34,997 bases of DNA, from positions 1 through 34,997 of the forward strand of contig JBHJHA010000091.1 of assembly GCA_050331235.1 (NCBI GenBank). Reading direction: 5' to 3'. Positions 1-9,115 of this stretch are shown here, piece after piece. Position 1 is the first letter of the stretch. Every line of letters starts with the position of its first letter. This DNA comes from Leptolyngbyaceae cyanobacterium. GTDB taxonomy: Bacteria; Cyanobacteriota; Cyanobacteriia; Phormidesmidales; Phormidesmidaceae. The position numbers and the translations under genes were made by a program. Under the pieces are notes generated by a model. That model saw only the letters and a program-made list of their open reading frames with translations. It did no database searches and was not told the origin of the DNA.

Positions 1-18
1 TTTCCATATGCCTTTGTT

Positions 19-1311
19 TTAAAGGCAATAAATATATCCGGCAAAATCAAATGCTACGTCTGTTGCGTTCGCCGCCCCAATCCCCCCGTAAGTAGGAATA
101 AGTATCGTATTCAAGACAATATTAATTAAGCAGCCAATAAAAATACACATTAAGTAGAGCTTTGTATAGTTCATCGCCGTCAAGAATGAACTGCGGGCAA
201 CGCCTAAGTTTACAAATAGATTAGACCAAATCAGTATCGCCAGCATTGGTGCAGCGTTAGTATATTCCACTCCATAGAGTAGCTGTACAATTGAGCCTGA
301 CATGAGCATCATGGGAAGAGCGATCGCGTATGCAGAAACTGCCATCATGTCGTATAGAATCTGTAACTTGGAATAGAAGGCTGAAATACTTTCCCCCTTA
401 GAACTGATCAGATTAGGGAAGATTGAGGGCACAACTGCCATAGGAATAAAGTGCCATGCCTCGGTGAGCTTTACGGCAACCGAATATAGGCCAAGTTCCT
501 TTTCATTGATCATCTTAACCAGCATAATCTGGTCAACTTTCATATAGATAGTGATTAGAATGCCGGACAGCATGAGCGGCAATCCATCTTTCAGTAACCT
601 AGTCGCCGTAATGCGGCAGAACGACTTTACATTTACAGATATATGGCTCCTGATATAGCCAATGATTAACCCACTGGAGGCAATCAAGGTCTCTAGAAAA
701 ACTAGCCAGACAAATCCGATTAGCGGAACTCTTAAGTAAATAAATAAGAGTTTGAATGCGGAAGTGATTAAAAAGGCAGAGCTTTTTGCGTAGACTCCGT
801 ATTTTGCCTCGACGTTCGACTGGTACCAGAGATCGACGGTATCAAATGGTTGTAAAAGAAAAGTTAAAGATAGGACCCAAATAATTAAGTATACTTCTGC
901 AGTTCCAGGATGTATTAAGTAACTCGAAGTGATTAAAACGAGGAAAGACAACATTCCAGCTATGAGCTTTAGCCCAAATACCGTAGAGAGAACTGTTTCC
1001 CGCTCATCTGGGTGATTTACCAGTTCCCTAACGGTGATAGTTTCAATTCCTAAAGAGGCAATAATGCTAAAAATTGAGATAAAAGCAACTGCATAATTAA
1101 ATAGGCCAAAGTTATTAGGGCCGAGATATCTAGCCACAAAAACACCGATGCATATGCCAAAGACCATACGAATCAGGCGATCAGCTGAGAGCCATCCAAT
1201 ATTTGTAATGATTTTTCTCGCTTCAGAGTCAGAAAAAAGGCGATCAATATATTGACGTATTGGGGCCGGCCATTTCTGAAACATATTGAGTGTTAAGCGG
1301 TCCTTTTCCAA
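19..1311 (-). CDS. wzx: Wzx/RfbX-type polysaccharide flippase (C-terminus possibly corrupted)
   Basis: 430-aa multi-TM ORF with NIGWL..DR.IRM, VARYLGP..FG, IYMKVDQIML, GLYSVAVKL and LIPTYGGIGAA, typical of Polysacc_synt flippases; AT-rich. Alternative ATG at 1284. Confidence 0.88.
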   Translation of the reverse strand: MEKDRLTLNMFQKWPAPIRQYIDRLFSDSEARKIITNIGWLSADRLIRMVFGICIGVFVARYLGPNNFGLFNYAVAFISIFSIIASLGIETITVRELVNHPDERETVLSTVFGLKLIAGMLSFLVLITSSYLIHPGTAEVYLIIWVLSLTFLLQPFDTVDLWYQSNVEAKYGVYAKSSAFLITSAFKLLFIYLRVPLIGFVWLVFLETLIASSGLIIGYIRSHISVNVKSFCRITATRLLKDGLPLMLSGILITIYMKVDQIMLVKMINEKELGLYSVAVKLTEAWHFIPMAVVPSIFPNLISSKGESISAFYSKLQILYDMMAVSAYAIALPMMLMSGSIVQLLYGVEYTNAAPMLAILIWSNLFVNLGVARSSFLTAMNYTKLYLMCIFIGCLINIVLNTILIPTYGGIGAANATDVAFDFAGYIYCL

Positions 1312-1712
1312 TACTCAAATGGTCTCGTTAGTTGCGATGATTGAGGTTGCTAAGGTGTTTTTTGCTCTAGCAATCGCTTATAGGCTACCAGATGTGTCTG
1401 CTCTGTCGTTGAATAGTTCTCGAACTTCTGATGATTCTGAAGGCCCGTATTTCATACCATCAGAGGCGCAAGCGGGCTCAGCATCGCAGATATCTTCTAG
1501 TCTGCCCTGACAGCTTGCCGATTTTTCACTGGGGTGCCATCATATTCCGACAGCAAAAAATGGGGCTGAGCGTTGCCATCCTTTAGCCAGATTCTAGGTT
1601 GATGCAAGACTTCTAAGAGTTAAGCAACCTATCTTTGTGCTGCAGATCAAGGGGGCAGCCACGTTACCAAATTCGCGGGGATCGCGCGCCCTCGGAAAAT
1701 GCTATAGCCATG

Positions 1713-2678
1713 CTACGAACTCATGCGCAGCATCGCTTCTATAGGCTTCAGAGCGGCTAACCGGGTTGCTTCGGGCATAGTGATTTCTGGTTTCCGATTT
1801 TTCATCGCTAGATAGAGCTTCTCCAGAGTGTTGAGCCGCATGTGAGGACATTCGTTGCAAGCACAGTTCTCTGTCGAAGGAGCGGGAATAAACTGCTTAG
1901 TTGGCACCTGTTTTTCCATTTGGTGAATAATTCCCGGCTCAGTTACCACAATGAATTGGGGGCGATCGCTCGTTTTGACGTAATTCAATAAAGCTGTCGT
2001 GGAGCCAATGAAGTCAGCATGGTGGAGGACTGGTTCTTCGCATTCGGGGTGAGCGACGACTTCCGCGTTTGGGTGAGTCATCTTTAACTGTATCAATCGC
2101 TTTTCAGAAAAGATTTCGTGAACCATGCAGCTCCCTTCCCATAGAACAAGATCACGCCCGGTCTGCTGCATGACGTAGCGCCCCAGGTTTTTGTCTGGTG
2201 CAAAAATGATTGGTTGCTCCTCTGGAATCTGCTCAATCAAGCTGACCGCATTGGAGCTGGTGCAGATGATGTCGCTCATGGCTTTGATATCAGCCGAGCA
2301 GTTGATATAGGAAACCACCAGATGACCAGGATGAAGAGCTTTGAACTCGGCAAACGCGGCCGGGGGGCAAGTGTCGGCGAGGGAACACCCGGCATTCAGA
2401 TCTGGTAGTAGGACCAACTTATCGGGGTTGAGAATTTTGGCTGTTTCCGCCATAAAGTGAACGCCAGCAAACACGATGACATCCGCCTCGGTGGCGGCGG
2501 CTTGACGTGATAACCCCAGCGAGTCACCAATGTAGTCCGCAATATCTTGAATATCCGGCTCTTGGTAGTAATGCGCCAAGATAACGGCATTAAGTTCTCG
2601 TTTTAGCTCAGAAATGGCCGAAAACAAGTCGAGAGGAATGGTTTGATTGTCAGGTTTGGCAAGGGTAGTGGTGAACAC
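1713..2678 (-). CDS. nadA: Quinolinate synthase
   Basis: [40 protein letters not shown] and CNECPHM motifs; GTG start. Confidence 0.97.
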   Translation of the reverse strand: MFTTTLAKPDNQTIPLDLFSAISELKRELNAVILAHYYQEPDIQDIADYIGDSLGLSRQAAATEADVIVFAGVHFMAETAKILNPDKLVLLPDLNAGCSLADTCPPAAFAEFKALHPGHLVVSYINCSADIKAMSDIICTSSNAVSLIEQIPEEQPIIFAPDKNLGRYVMQQTGRDLVLWEGSCMVHEIFSEKRLIQLKMTHPNAEVVAHPECEEPVLHHADFIGSTTALLNYVKTSDRPQFIVVTEPGIIHQMEKQVPTKQFIPAPSTENCACNECPHMRLNTLEKLYLAMKNRKPEITMPEATRLAALKPIEAMLRMSS

Positions 2679-2719
2679 AGAAATTACTTTTGGTGAAACA
2701 GTCGGTCAATGGAATCTTG

Positions 2720-2741
2720 ATTATAGTCATTTTTACCAAAA
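2720..2741 (-). promoter_or_regulatory. NrtR-type operator overlapping a TATAAT -10 box of nadA
   Basis: 21-bp imperfect palindrome TTATAGTCATTTTTACCAAAA (GT-N7-AC core) at 2721-2741, about 40 bp upstream of nadA; minus-strand TATAAT at 2725-2720. Confidence 0.75.
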
Positions 2742-3183
2742 ATGGAGTTTGCGCCAGAGGTTTTCGATACTCTGGCGTTGGCGCGGCTGCGGAAGTTGGC
2801 ACCGTCGGGAAGCTACTTCCGGCCGTCGCTCTTTCTCATCTTTTGCTACCCCCACCGTTTTCGGCTCCCTTTGTCTGTCATGGAAGTCGTCACTTAGATA
2901 TTGATCATTGTCTCTGACAATTACTGACAAAAATCACACATGATTTTGTGACTTCCTGCTGCAATTGAACAGAGTGTACATTTAGGGCCCATTGAGGATC
3001 CTTACATCCATTTGCGTAGTCCGCCAGGCACCCGGCGGTAATCCGATACGGCAAATCCCATTGAGGTTTTGCTAAAAGCAAGATCACAGGCTCAAGACTG
3101 TCGCTATACTCTTTACAACTTTATGTAAGGGTTCCTGAAACGATAGTGACCAATGGCTTTGGAACGTTTAGATAGGCATCAGC

Positions 3184-4032
3184 ATGTTTAATGCAACTGA
3201 GATTCTGATCTCTGATTTCGTCGAGAAGCTTCGTGCTGGCTACCACCGCACCTATGGTGGACTAAACCCTGATTACGAAGACATCATTGCTTGGGCGGGC
3301 AGTATGGCCTTGGAGAATATCGCCAATAGTGATGCGCTCTATCACAATGTTGAGCACACAATCTTAGTCGCCCTGGTCGGCCAAGAAATTCTGCGTGGGA
3401 AGCAAATTCGAGAGGGCGGAGTCAGCACTGACGACTGGTTGCATTTCATCATTTCGCTGGTTTGCCATGATATTGGCTATGTGAAGGGTGTTTGTCGGAT
3501 GGATCGCGATCGCGAACATTTATATGCCACGGGGAATGGCGAGGAAATGGTAGAGCTGAGTCCCGGGGCCTCCGATGCGTCTCTAACGCCTTACCATGTC
3601 GATCGCGGCAAGCTCTTTATCGAAGAGCGGTTTGGTAAAAATCGCATCATCGATGCAGAAGTGATCAAGCGCAATGTCGAGCTCACCCGTTTTCCGGTGC
3701 CCAAGGAGGAAGATCATCAAGATACGCGTTATTTCCCAGGCTTGGTGCGAGCGGCTGACCTGATTGGTCAGTTGAGCGACCCCAGGTATCTGAAAAAAAT
3801 TGGTGCCCTCTTCTACGAATTCGAGGAAACCGGCCAAAACAAATATCTGAATTACCAACATCCCGATGACTTGAGGCGCAACTACCCAAAGTTTTATTGG
3901 AATGTCGTTCATCCCTACATTCAAGACGGGCTTTGGTATTTGTCTCTGACCCAAGAGGGCAAGCAGATTATTGCCAATCTTTACTCCAATGTGTTTATGG
4001 TGGAGAACGAGAAAAGCGTTGTGGCAACCTAG
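3184..4032 (+). CDS. HD-domain metal-dependent phosphohydrolase (Npun_R2479-like family)
   Basis: YHNVEH...CHDIG...HVDR...AADLIGQL metal-ligand pattern; matches a conserved cyanobacterial family from memory. Confidence 0.85.
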   Translation: MFNATEILISDFVEKLRAGYHRTYGGLNPDYEDIIAWAGSMALENIANSDALYHNVEHTILVALVGQEILRGKQIREGGVSTDDWLHFIISLVCHDIGYVKGVCRMDRDREHLYATGNGEEMVELSPGASDASLTPYHVDRGKLFIEERFGKNRIIDAEVIKRNVELTRFPVPKEEDHQDTRYFPGLVRAADLIGQLSDPRYLKKIGALFYEFEETGQNKYLNYQHPDDLRRNYPKFYWNVVHPYIQDGLWYLSLTQEGKQIIANLYSNVFMVENEKSVVAT

Positions 4033-4048
4033 TGGCTTAGCAAATTAC

Positions 4049-5194
4049 ATGACTTGGTGGCAAAAGCTCCGTCAAAACTCCTTGGCTCGTATAGGCGCGA
4101 TTATTCTGTTGACGTTTTACGCCATTGTATTTGCCGCTGAATTTATGGCTCCCTACGATCCGTACTTTTCAGCGCCGAGTGCTTCCTTGTTGCCGCCGAC
4201 TGAAGTCTATTGGCGTCACCAAGCCACGGGAGAGTTCATCGGTCCCCATGTGTATCCGACGACCCAGGGTCCAGTTTCCATTGAAACAGGGGAGCGCGAG
4301 GTCTTTGTTGACTTTGAACAGCCCAGTCCCATTCGACTTTTGGTTAGAGGGGATGAGTATCGCTGGTTTCGGTTAAAGCTGCCGCTACCAACTCAATTTT
4401 CCTGGAGCAATCCAGCCTTTGAAGAGGTTGTCATCTTCCCTGGCATTGCCGGCGATCGCCATTTATTTGGTACGGTTGGGCCCGGTCGGTGGTACCTACT
4501 TGGGACCGATGCGCACGCCCGCGCCCAGCTCAGTCGATTGATTTATGGTGGTCGTATTAGCCTTAGCATCGGCTTGATTGGCATTGCCTTGTCATTTCCA
4601 TTGGGAATGCTGGTAGGCGGCGTTGCGGGCTACTTTGGCGGCTGGATCGACGCTGTCCTCATGCGCTTGGTGGAAGTCATTATGACGATCCCGGCGATTT
4701 ACCTACTGGTGGCGTTGGCGGCGGTGCTACCGGCGACGCTGTCCAGTACGCAGCGATTTTTGCTCATTATTTTGATCACGTCTTTCGTCCGGTGGACAGG
4801 GCTGGCTCGAGTGGTGCGGGGACAGGTGCTGTCGCTTAAGTCGCAAACCTTTGTCACGGCTTCCAAGGCCATGGGAGGGCAGCCGCTCTATATTGTGGTG
4901 CGCCATGTGTTGCCGCAAACTGCTACCTATGTGATCATTTCTGCGACGTTAGCTATTCCAGGCTTCATCGTGGCCGAGGCCGTTTTAAGCTTGATTGGCT
5001 TGGGCATTCAGCAGCCAGATCCTTCCTGGGGCAACATGCTATCGCTGGCTAGCAATGCGTCCATTTTGGTCTTGCACCCCTGGTTAATCTGGCCGCCTGC
5101 GTTTCTCATTGTCTTAACGGTGTTGTCGTTCAATTTACTCGGTGACGGTTTACGCGACGCACTTGATCCCCGGAGTTTACAGTCCCATGACTAA
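4049..5194 (+). CDS. Peptide ABC transporter permease (OppC/DppC family)
   Basis: APYDP, LGTD, GGRISL, GYFGGWID..LMR, EAA-like loop FVTASKAMG, RHVLP, LSLIGLGIQQPDPSWG, GDGLRDALDP; ATG at 4049 follows the upstream gene's stop. Confidence 0.92.
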   Translation: MTWWQKLRQNSLARIGAIILLTFYAIVFAAEFMAPYDPYFSAPSASLLPPTEVYWRHQATGEFIGPHVYPTTQGPVSIETGEREVFVDFEQPSPIRLLVRGDEYRWFRLKLPLPTQFSWSNPAFEEVVIFPGIAGDRHLFGTVGPGRWYLLGTDAHARAQLSRLIYGGRISLSIGLIGIALSFPLGMLVGGVAGYFGGWIDAVLMRLVEVIMTIPAIYLLVALAAVLPATLSSTQRFLLIILITSFVRWTGLARVVRGQVLSLKSQTFVTASKAMGGQPLYIVVRHVLPQTATYVIISATLAIPGFIVAEAVLSLIGLGIQQPDPSWGNMLSLASNASILVLHPWLIWPPAFLIVLTVLSFNLLGDGLRDALDPRSLQSHD

Positions 5195-5669
5195 AGGGCG
5201 GTCTCAACTGGGTCGTTACCTAGTCGGTTTGCTACTTGTTTTGTGGCTGAGTGGATGCGGTTCTGGGCAGTCAAAGGTGCCCTCAGCGGTGGTGAAGACG
5301 GCGGTGATGCGCCAGGCGCAGCAGGAACAGATTGCGCTTTGGCAACAGCTAGCGGCTGAACAGGCCGATTTGCCGCAGCTTGCCGTACAAAAGGTCCATG
5401 TCAGTGATGTGCATTCTGTTAAAGTGCCCAATGGAGTTGCTTACGAAGTTTCGGGAACCTATCGATATCGGGTGCGCTATGCCCAGCGATCGCCGCTCAA
5501 ACAGTCTCGGGTACCTTTTACCGTCATCGTGCAGCCCCAATCTGACCATGCCTGGCGGCTTTTGGAAATCGACGGCAAGGCTGATTTGAGTCGTCCATCA
5601 TGGCATTGGCAGCCGCTGACGAATGATGTCGACACCGCCTCAGATGAATCCGCTCCGCCGCAAACATAA
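5187..5669 (+). CDS. Putative lipoprotein of unknown function
   Basis: Basic N-region, hydrophobic stretch and LSGC lipobox; ATG overlaps the permease 3' end (ATGACTAA). Confidence 0.7.
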   Translation: MTKGRSQLGRYLVGLLLVLWLSGCGSGQSKVPSAVVKTAVMRQAQQEQIALWQQLAAEQADLPQLAVQKVHVSDVHSVKVPNGVAYEVSGTYRYRVRYAQRSPLKQSRVPFTVIVQPQSDHAWRLLEIDGKADLSRPSWHWQPLTNDVDTASDESAPPQT

Positions 5670-5764
5670 AAATATTTTTTATATCTACCAGTTTTGGCTG
5701 GACTGACTCCATCATGGTCGCTAACACCGCGCTTAGAGGCTAAGACTTGGCCTCCCCCGTAGAT

Positions 5765-6172
5765 ATGGCATATCCCAATCAATTCCCAGATGGACGCTGT
5801 CCGATCCCAGATGGACGCTGTCCGATTCAGAATGTGTTGGAAATTGTCGGTAGCAAATGGGCGATTTTAATTTTACGAGAGCTGTTTCTAGGCAATCGTA
5901 GAACTCATCAGTTTATCGAAGCGCTGCCTGGCATCAGCACCAAGACCTTGACGGCTCGACTGCGAGAGCTAGAGAGCTATGGTCTTGTGGAGAGAACGGT
6001 TTTCCCCGAAGTACCGCCGCGGGTGGAATACGCCCTGACCGCCAAAGGACATGAGATGCAACCGGTGATGGTAGCTTTGAGACAGCTGGGGGATCACTGG
6101 CTGGCCCAAGACCGATATCTCCGCTCGATGGACAGTCAACCGATTGCGGCCTCAAAATCGATCTCAGTTTGA
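5765..6172 (+). CDS. HxlR-family winged-helix transcriptional regulator
   Basis: CPI...LEIVGSKW..LILREL, PGISTKTLTARLRELE, EVPPRVEYALT.KG. Confidence 0.92.
   Translation: MAYPNQFPDGRCPIPDGRCPIQNVLEIVGSKWAILILRELFLGNRRTHQFIEALPGISTKTLTARLRELESYGLVERTVFPEVPPRVEYALTAKGHEMQPVMVALRQLGDHWLAQDRYLRSMDSQPIAASKSISV
5784..5825 (+). repeat. Perfect 2 x 21-bp in-frame tandem repeat
   Basis: TCCCAGATGGACGCTGTCCGA at 5784-5804 and 5805-5825, encoding PDGRCPI twice. Confidence 0.97.
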
Positions 6173-6363
6173 GATATTCTTGGGAGTCACAGCAGCGGTG
6201 TTGGCTTGTCGGCTGATTGAGTGGCTCAGACAGCGGTGCTTGATCTATTCTCGCAGGCTTTGGGGAAGTAGGTGAGGGTTTCCACCTCCATCCATTTTGC
6301 GGACATCAAGTACACTAAGGGCAGTAAAGAATGCCTGCTATAGATAGGGAGGCGATTGACTCA

Positions 6364-6657
6364 ATGGGTTCTTCTTTTGTTGGAATGTTTGCTCAAGCGT
6401 TTGCAACGTTCCTAAACATTTATTTTGTGTTGCTGATTATTCGCATTTTACTAAGCTGGTTCCCCAATGTTGATTGGATGAGCCAACCGTTTGCGACGCT
6501 CAGTCAGCTTACGGATCCGTATTTGAATCTTTTCCGCTCAATTATTCCGCCTTTAGGGGGAATCGACTTTTCCCCGATTTTGGGTTTTCTGGTTCTCCAG
6601 TTTGTTTCCCGAGGCGTTAGTCAAGTTGCCGCAACGGTTGCCTACTCTGCGTTTTAG
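6364..6657 (+). CDS. YggT/YlmG family membrane protein
   Basis: LLIIRILLSWFPNVDW..QPF..LSQLTDPYLNLFRSIIPPLGGIDFSPIL signature; start uncertain (6331, 6364 or 6385). Confidence 0.93.
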   Translation: MGSSFVGMFAQAFATFLNIYFVLLIIRILLSWFPNVDWMSQPFATLSQLTDPYLNLFRSIIPPLGGIDFSPILGFLVLQFVSRGVSQVAATVAYSAF

Positions 6658-6687
6658 GCTTTGCTGTTAACCATTGCAATGCTAGCT

Positions 6688-6731
6688 AAAGCGACAGCTT
6701 GAAGCTGAACGTTCAAGCTGTCGCTTTGGTG
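6688..6731 (+). terminator. Strong hairpin / probable terminator after the YggT gene
   Basis: AAAGCGACAGCTTGAA-8 nt-TTCAAGCTGTCGCTTT, a perfect 16-bp inverted repeat (6688-6703 / 6712-6727) followed by T/G-rich sequence. Confidence 0.75.
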
Positions 6732-6755
6732 TTGTCGATTTAATGTTTCTGTGCT

Positions 6756-7832
6756 GTGACTACTGCGATCGCTGATTCTCCCACCCATAATTGGCCAACT
6801 CTGCTACAGCAGTTGGTCGATAAACAATCATTGGCCGCTGAGCAGGCCGAGGCGCTAATGCGTGGTTGGCTCAATGAGGAAATTCCCCCTGTTTTGTCAG
6901 GGGCTATTTTGGCGGCGATTCAGGCCAAAGGGGTCTCGGCGGACGAGTTAGCGGGGATGGCTCGGGTCTTACAGGCGCAGTCGCTAGGCGGAGAAGCCGT
7001 AGATGCGAATCTGCCCACTCCGCGCATTGATACCTGCGGTACTGGGGGCGACGGCTCCCACACGTTCAATATTTCCACTACGGTGGCGTTTGTTGCCGCC
7101 GCTGCTGGCGTGGCAGTAGCCAAACATGGTAATCGTTCTGCTTCAAGCAAAGTCGGTTCGGCGGATGTCTTAGAGGCGCTCGGCGTCAACCTCAATGCAA
7201 CACCAGAACAAGCAAAAGCCGCGCTGAAATCCGTTGGCATCACGTTTCTGTTTGCTCGGGGATGGCACCCAGCAATGAAGGCCGTTGCTCCTCTGCGTGG
7301 CACCCTTAAGGTGCGGACGGTGTTTAATTTATTGGGCCCCTTGGTCAATCCGCTGCGAACGACAGGGCAAGTCATCGGCGTGTTTGATCCGTCGGTGTTG
7401 ACGCCTATGGCCGCCGCCCTCCGCCAACTCGACCTGCCCCTGGCGATCGTCCTGCACGGTCGTGAACGCCTAGATGAAGCTGGCTTGGGCGACTGTACTG
7501 ATCTGGCGCTGCTAGAAAGTGGCACTGTCGGCGAAAAGGTGCTTAACCCTCGAGAGTTCGGATTGGTGGAGGCGGATAAGTCAGCGCTGCGTGGTGGCGA
7601 ACTCGATGAGAACGCCGAGATTATGCGTAATCTGCTCCAGGGCAAAGGGACTCAAGCCCAGCAGGACGTTGTCTGTCTCAATACAGCTTTAGCATTGAAA
7701 GTTGCCGGGCTCACCCAAGGGAAAAGCTTTGCCGATGAAATTGCAAATGGCATTAGTCAAGCGCGCTCAATTTTGAGCAGTGGGGCTGCCTGGGACAAAC
7801 TGCAGGCTTTGGTTGCAGTTCTCAAGGTTTGA
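6756..7832 (+). CDS. trpD: Anthranilate phosphoribosyltransferase
   Basis: [49 protein letters not shown]. Confidence 0.97.
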   Translation: MTTAIADSPTHNWPTLLQQLVDKQSLAAEQAEALMRGWLNEEIPPVLSGAILAAIQAKGVSADELAGMARVLQAQSLGGEAVDANLPTPRIDTCGTGGDGSHTFNISTTVAFVAAAAGVAVAKHGNRSASSKVGSADVLEALGVNLNATPEQAKAALKSVGITFLFARGWHPAMKAVAPLRGTLKVRTVFNLLGPLVNPLRTTGQVIGVFDPSVLTPMAAALRQLDLPLAIVLHGRERLDEAGLGDCTDLALLESGTVGEKVLNPREFGLVEADKSALRGGELDENAEIMRNLLQGKGTQAQQDVVCLNTALALKVAGLTQGKSFADEIANGISQARSILSSGAAWDKLQALVAVLKV

Positions 7833-7846
7833 GCTCTGAGCAGCTG

Positions 7847-8611
7847 TTACAAGCTAGCCGTGATCAAATCATCGGCCATGTCAAAATTGGCCGTAACGGT
7901 CTGAACGTCATCCAAATCTTCTAGGGCATCCATCATTTTGAGTAGCGATCGCGCCTGGTCGGGGTTGCTAACGTCAATGGTATTGCTCGGGATCCAGCGA
8001 TTTTCCACCTGGATGATGGCGTAACCTTCGGCTTTGAGAGCGTCACTGAGACCCTCCAAGTCAGTGGGGTGGCAATACACTTCCGCTCCGTCTTGGTCCT
8101 CCTCTACCTGAGTCAACTCGTAGCTCTCAGCGCCGCCGGCGATCGCCGCTTCCAACAGCGCTTCTTCGTCCACCGGTCCGAGAACGGCTACGACCCCTCT
8201 TGGCTCAAACATCCAGCCTACGCAGCCAGTTTCTCCCAGGTTGCCACCGTTTTTGCTAAAGGCTGCCCGCAGGTCAGCTGCGGTCCGATTGCGATTATCG
8301 GTCAGTGCTTCGATCAGCACAGCAACGCCACCGGGACCATAGCCCTCATAGCGAATCGCTTCTAACGCATCATCGTTGCCTAATTGTCCTGAACCCTTGG
8401 CGATCGCCCGCTCAATGTTGTCATTGGGAAATCCCGCCGCCTTGGCTTTGTCGATTGCGGTCCGAAGCTGAAAGTTGCCCGCTGGGTCAGGACCTCCCGT
8501 GCGAGTCGCCACAATGATTTCACGGGATAATTTGGCAAAAGTTTTGCCTTTCACTGCATCAACTCGGGCTTTTTGACGTTTAATATTTGCCCATTTACTG
8601 TGCCCAGCCAT
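7847..8611 (-). CDS. yebC: YebC/PmpR family protein
   Basis: [39 protein letters not shown]. Confidence 0.96.
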   Translation of the reverse strand: MAGHSKWANIKRQKARVDAVKGKTFAKLSREIIVATRTGGPDPAGNFQLRTAIDKAKAAGFPNDNIERAIAKGSGQLGNDDALEAIRYEGYGPGGVAVLIEALTDNRNRTAADLRAAFSKNGGNLGETGCVGWMFEPRGVVAVLGPVDEEALLEAAIAGGAESYELTQVEEDQDGAEVYCHPTDLEGLSDALKAEGYAIIQVENRWIPSNTIDVSNPDQARSLLKMMDALEDLDDVQTVTANFDMADDLITASL

Positions 8612-8652
8612 GTCAATCAATCTGTCTAAATAAATATGTAGTGGCTGTCAAT

Positions 8653-8892
8653 CTACAGACCCGAGTGTGCGATCGCCTGAGCTAAAGACTCTACGAGTGC
8701 CGCCCCCCATCGAACTGACATCAAGCCGCAGAGGAGAACGACACTCGCCGCCGTAAACCAGAGGGGCGGGGTCATCACAACTGACATAAACCAAAAAGGA
8801 ATACTGACCATCAGCAGGCCTAGAGCAGCTCCACCAAGGAATCGGCAACCGTACAGCCAAATAGTTTTGGAAGGGGTCGTTGAATGAGTCAT
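8653..8892 (-). CDS. Small two-TM hypothetical membrane protein
   Basis: 79-aa ATG ORF with two hydrophobic segments, co-oriented and 42 bp upstream of yebC. Confidence 0.55.
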   Translation of the reverse strand: MTHSTTPSKTIWLYGCRFLGGAALGLLMVSIPFWFMSVVMTPPLWFTAASVVLLCGLMSVRWGAALVESLAQAIAHSGL

Positions 8893-9115
8893 CGCGCCGT
8901 CTCAAACATCAAACAGTTCTTAAAAATTTCAGAGATGCAACCCCATCTTGCCCTTAGCCGGTAACTTTGGGGCGCTGATATTGTAGTTAAGCTTAGGCCA
9001 GAATGCCAACTTGAAGACAGGATTGCCAGCGACTAACGCTATGAAGCATCGGGATGCAAGCAGTTGCCGTGGGTCAGGCCAGCGACATCGCTAGTTGGGT
9101 TTGCTAGCGCCAGAG

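Noticed and set aside
3048..3105. GGCAAA-containing stem suggesting a c-di-GMP-I riboswitch
   Set aside because: Lacks the GAAA tetraloop and the GACGCAAAG segment.
6920..7645. 241-aa antisense ORF inside trpD
   Set aside because: Shadow ORF of a GC-rich conserved gene; Ser/Ala/Arg-rich with no motifs.
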